Below, piece by piece: positions 62,009 to 64,000 of a stretch of 64,000 nucleotides of DNA. The DNA comes from Macrostomum lignano (lineage: Eukaryota), in the NCBI GenBank assembly GCA_002269645.1, contig NIVC01002661.1, positions 1 to 64,000 on the forward strand. Reading direction: 5' to 3'. Position 1 is the stretch's first letter. The number at the start of each line of letters is the position of its first letter. Position numbers and translations under genes: made by a program. Below the pieces are notes generated by a model. That model was given only the letters and a program-made list of their open reading frames with translations. It did no database searches and was not told the DNA's origin.

Positions 62009-64000
62009 ACCTATTCACTCCCAATAGAAGAGCTGCAGCAGTAGGAGACCAGCGAGTTCGATCAGGCAATGAAGAATATGGCAATTTAGTTTGGTACAAT
62101 TATTACAGAGGCTACGGATTCCTGCGAGATAGCAATAATAGAGATATATTCTTTCATGTGACTAATACTAATATAGCAACTGATTACGAAATTATGCATT
62201 TTCTGCGCCAGAGGGCGACAGTAAAATTTATTCGCACTAACGATACTACTCATAGTAGGAAACAGAGAGCGGTCAATGTTAAAATTTGCTCAAGCGAGGA
62301 ACGCAGATTAGCAGAAATTAACAAACAGAAGTCAGCGAGCTTAGCTAGACAGTCAGAGGCATTGACGAAAGAATTAGAGAAACGAAGCGAAGCTGCGGCA
62401 GCTCAGAGAAGCGCATTAAACAGCATAGACTTGCGACTTAGTGAAGTAGAAGGAAAGAAAGCTTCAGCGGACGAATCAAAGGTAGTAAAAGAATTATCAG
62501 ATCTAAGAACCGAATTGAAGGACTTGCGCCAATGCTTGGTAGGAAAAGTCCAGGAAGAATCAGCGAAAGAAGAACCTGACAAGAGTGCGACGACAGCAGA
62601 ACTTAGAGCTGAACTTAGGGAAATGAAGCAAGAATTAAGGAAGTTAGAGACAGCCATCCAGCGAGATGTGGCAGCTGAGAAGAAAGCGACAGAGAAGCAG
62701 GAGAAGACCGTAGAAGCAGACATATCTAGCCAATTAGTGAATTCAGGATTATTCCTCGATAGCCAGATTAACGGATTAAGCGAAAAAATATTAGTTGACA
62801 CCGGCGCCTCGAATTGCCTAATTGATAGTAAATTATATCAGCGCCTCTATCCGGCAAATCATAGTTTGAAGCCATGCTCAGTGAATATGCGATCCGCCAA
62901 TGGCCAGACTTCAAATTTATTAGGCCAAGTAGCATTGCGCGTCAGATTTGGGGACTGCGAGATTACGCACCCATTCTATGTTGCTGAAGGCTTACTAACA
63001 TCATCAATAATAGGCATCGACTTGTTAACTAGGCATAAAATTAAATTAGATATAGCAGGAAAATCCTTAGAATTTAGTGATCGCAGAATTCCGCTTGTAA
63101 CAACGAGTGATGAAACGCGTTGCGTCCTACTGCAAGTAGTCAAGAAAGTATCTATAGCACCGATGAGCGAAATTTATGTCAAGGCTAAATGTAAAGATAT
63201 TCCAGAGACTGCAGAACTCGGCTTCATTTCAGGCCGCAGTCAAATTAGCGAGAAAGATGAGCCATTAGTAGCTAAAGCTATTACTAGATTGGACGAATTC
63301 GGCGAAACTTACGTTAGATTAATGAACCTGACAGAAGAGGCACAGACAATTCATAAGGATGAGGTAGTTGCGCAGTATCAACCGCTGAAGGAAGATGTAG
63401 AACTTTTCGCAATGTCAGAAACTGATTTAGAAGTAGGTGCGCAGAAGCAATCGAAGGCAGCAATTACGGTGCAAGAAGCTGATAGACTTAGGGATCAATT
63501 CCGCTTAAACGAGACCGATTTAAGTGAGGCTCAGAAGAGAAAAGTAATTGAATTATTACATCGTTATCAAAATATAGTTTCAAAGGATCAGTGGGATATC
63601 GGAAAGACCAAGATGGGCGAATTCAAGATTGAGACTACCGATGAAATTCCAGTCAGAATTCCCCTGCGCAAGCAAAGCCCTGAGCAACGAGAATTTGTTA
63701 GCGGGCATGTGCAGCAGCTATTAGAGCACGATTTGATTGAGCCCTCAGAATCTGAGTGGAGTTGCCCTATTGTTCTCGCCCGGAAGAAGTCCGGAGAATT
63801 CAGATTTTGCTGTGACTTCAGACAGTTAAATAATAAGACTAAGAAGGACAGTTTTCCGTTACCGCTAATTCAAGAATCGCTGGAATCCCTGGCAGGCAAC
63901 ATGTACTTTAGCACCCTAGACATGGTCGGCGCTTATTGGTCAGTGAAGGTCAGAGAGACTGACCGCGAGAAATTAGCGTTTCGAACCCATGATGGCCTGT
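61945..64000 (+). CDS. Gypsy Pol (-1 frame): cold-shock domain, coiled coil, aspartic protease, dUTPase-like spacer, RT N-terminus (partial; missing from the ORF track because it runs off the window)
   Basis: Translated by hand: no stop from 61945 to 64000. CSD GNLVWYNYYRGYGFL..DIFFHV (62080-62160); LVDTGAS (62791-62811); IIGIDLL; RT SEWSCPIVLARKKSGEFRFCCDFRQLN..DSFPLP..YFSTLDMVGAYW..DREKLAFRTHDGL. Confidence 0.92.
61954..62022 (+). promoter_or_regulatory. -1 programmed ribosomal frameshift signal (U_UUA_AAC + stem-loop/pseudoknot)
   Basis: Heptamer TTTAAAC at 61954-61960 in the correct gag phase; 7-nt spacer; stem GGGGCGG (61968-74)/CCGCCCC (61992-98); loop GGGAG can pair with CTCCC (62018-22). 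Confidence 0.8.

Larger units (their letters stand above)
59206..64000 (+). mobile_element. Ty3/gypsy LTR retrotransposon, apparently intact, 3' part beyond the window; LTR boundaries approximate
   Basis: Candidate LTR start TGTAAAC at 59206, with CCAAT (~59288), TATATA (~59435) and ATTAAA (~59991). LTR end and PBS not resolved. gag and pol as listed separately. Confidence 0.9.

Overview
Eukaryotic, intron-containing, minisatellite-rich animal DNA; roughly 14 kb (about 22%) is tandem repeat. GC-rich exons, a flatworm-type FDPIxx-amide neuropeptide and the repeat landscape suggest a free-living flatworm such as Macrostomum (inference only). Host genes reconstructed by hand from splice signals: an FBXO7/PI31 FP-domain exon (-); a 5-exon secreted acetylcholine-binding-protein (AChBP)-like gene with no transmembrane region (+, 2600-4841); a 6-exon C2H2 zinc-finger + DUF3504 (Crypton recombinase-derived) gene (-, 6601-18092); an AYFDPINY-amide x15 neuropeptide precursor (-, 35038-38204); an intronless orphan ORF (43267-44100); and a degenerate EFHD/swiprosin-like gene (57274-58227). 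Mobile elements: a CORE-type SINE; a Penelope-like element inserted in (TATC)n, with an upstream SGNH-like ORF and a hammerhead-like motif; a LINE 3' fragment; a truncated Mag-like LTR/gag fragment; a full-length Loa/I-group LINE with a 12-bp TSD; and an intact Ty3/gypsy element running off the window end. The most novel signal is absent from the ORF track: the gypsy Pol frame (61945 to >64000) starts with a cold-shock domain and a long coiled coil ahead of the protease. Most long ORFs in the track are artefacts of tandem repeats. Many frameshifts are 1-nt deletions in short homopolymers and look like long-read consensus errors.
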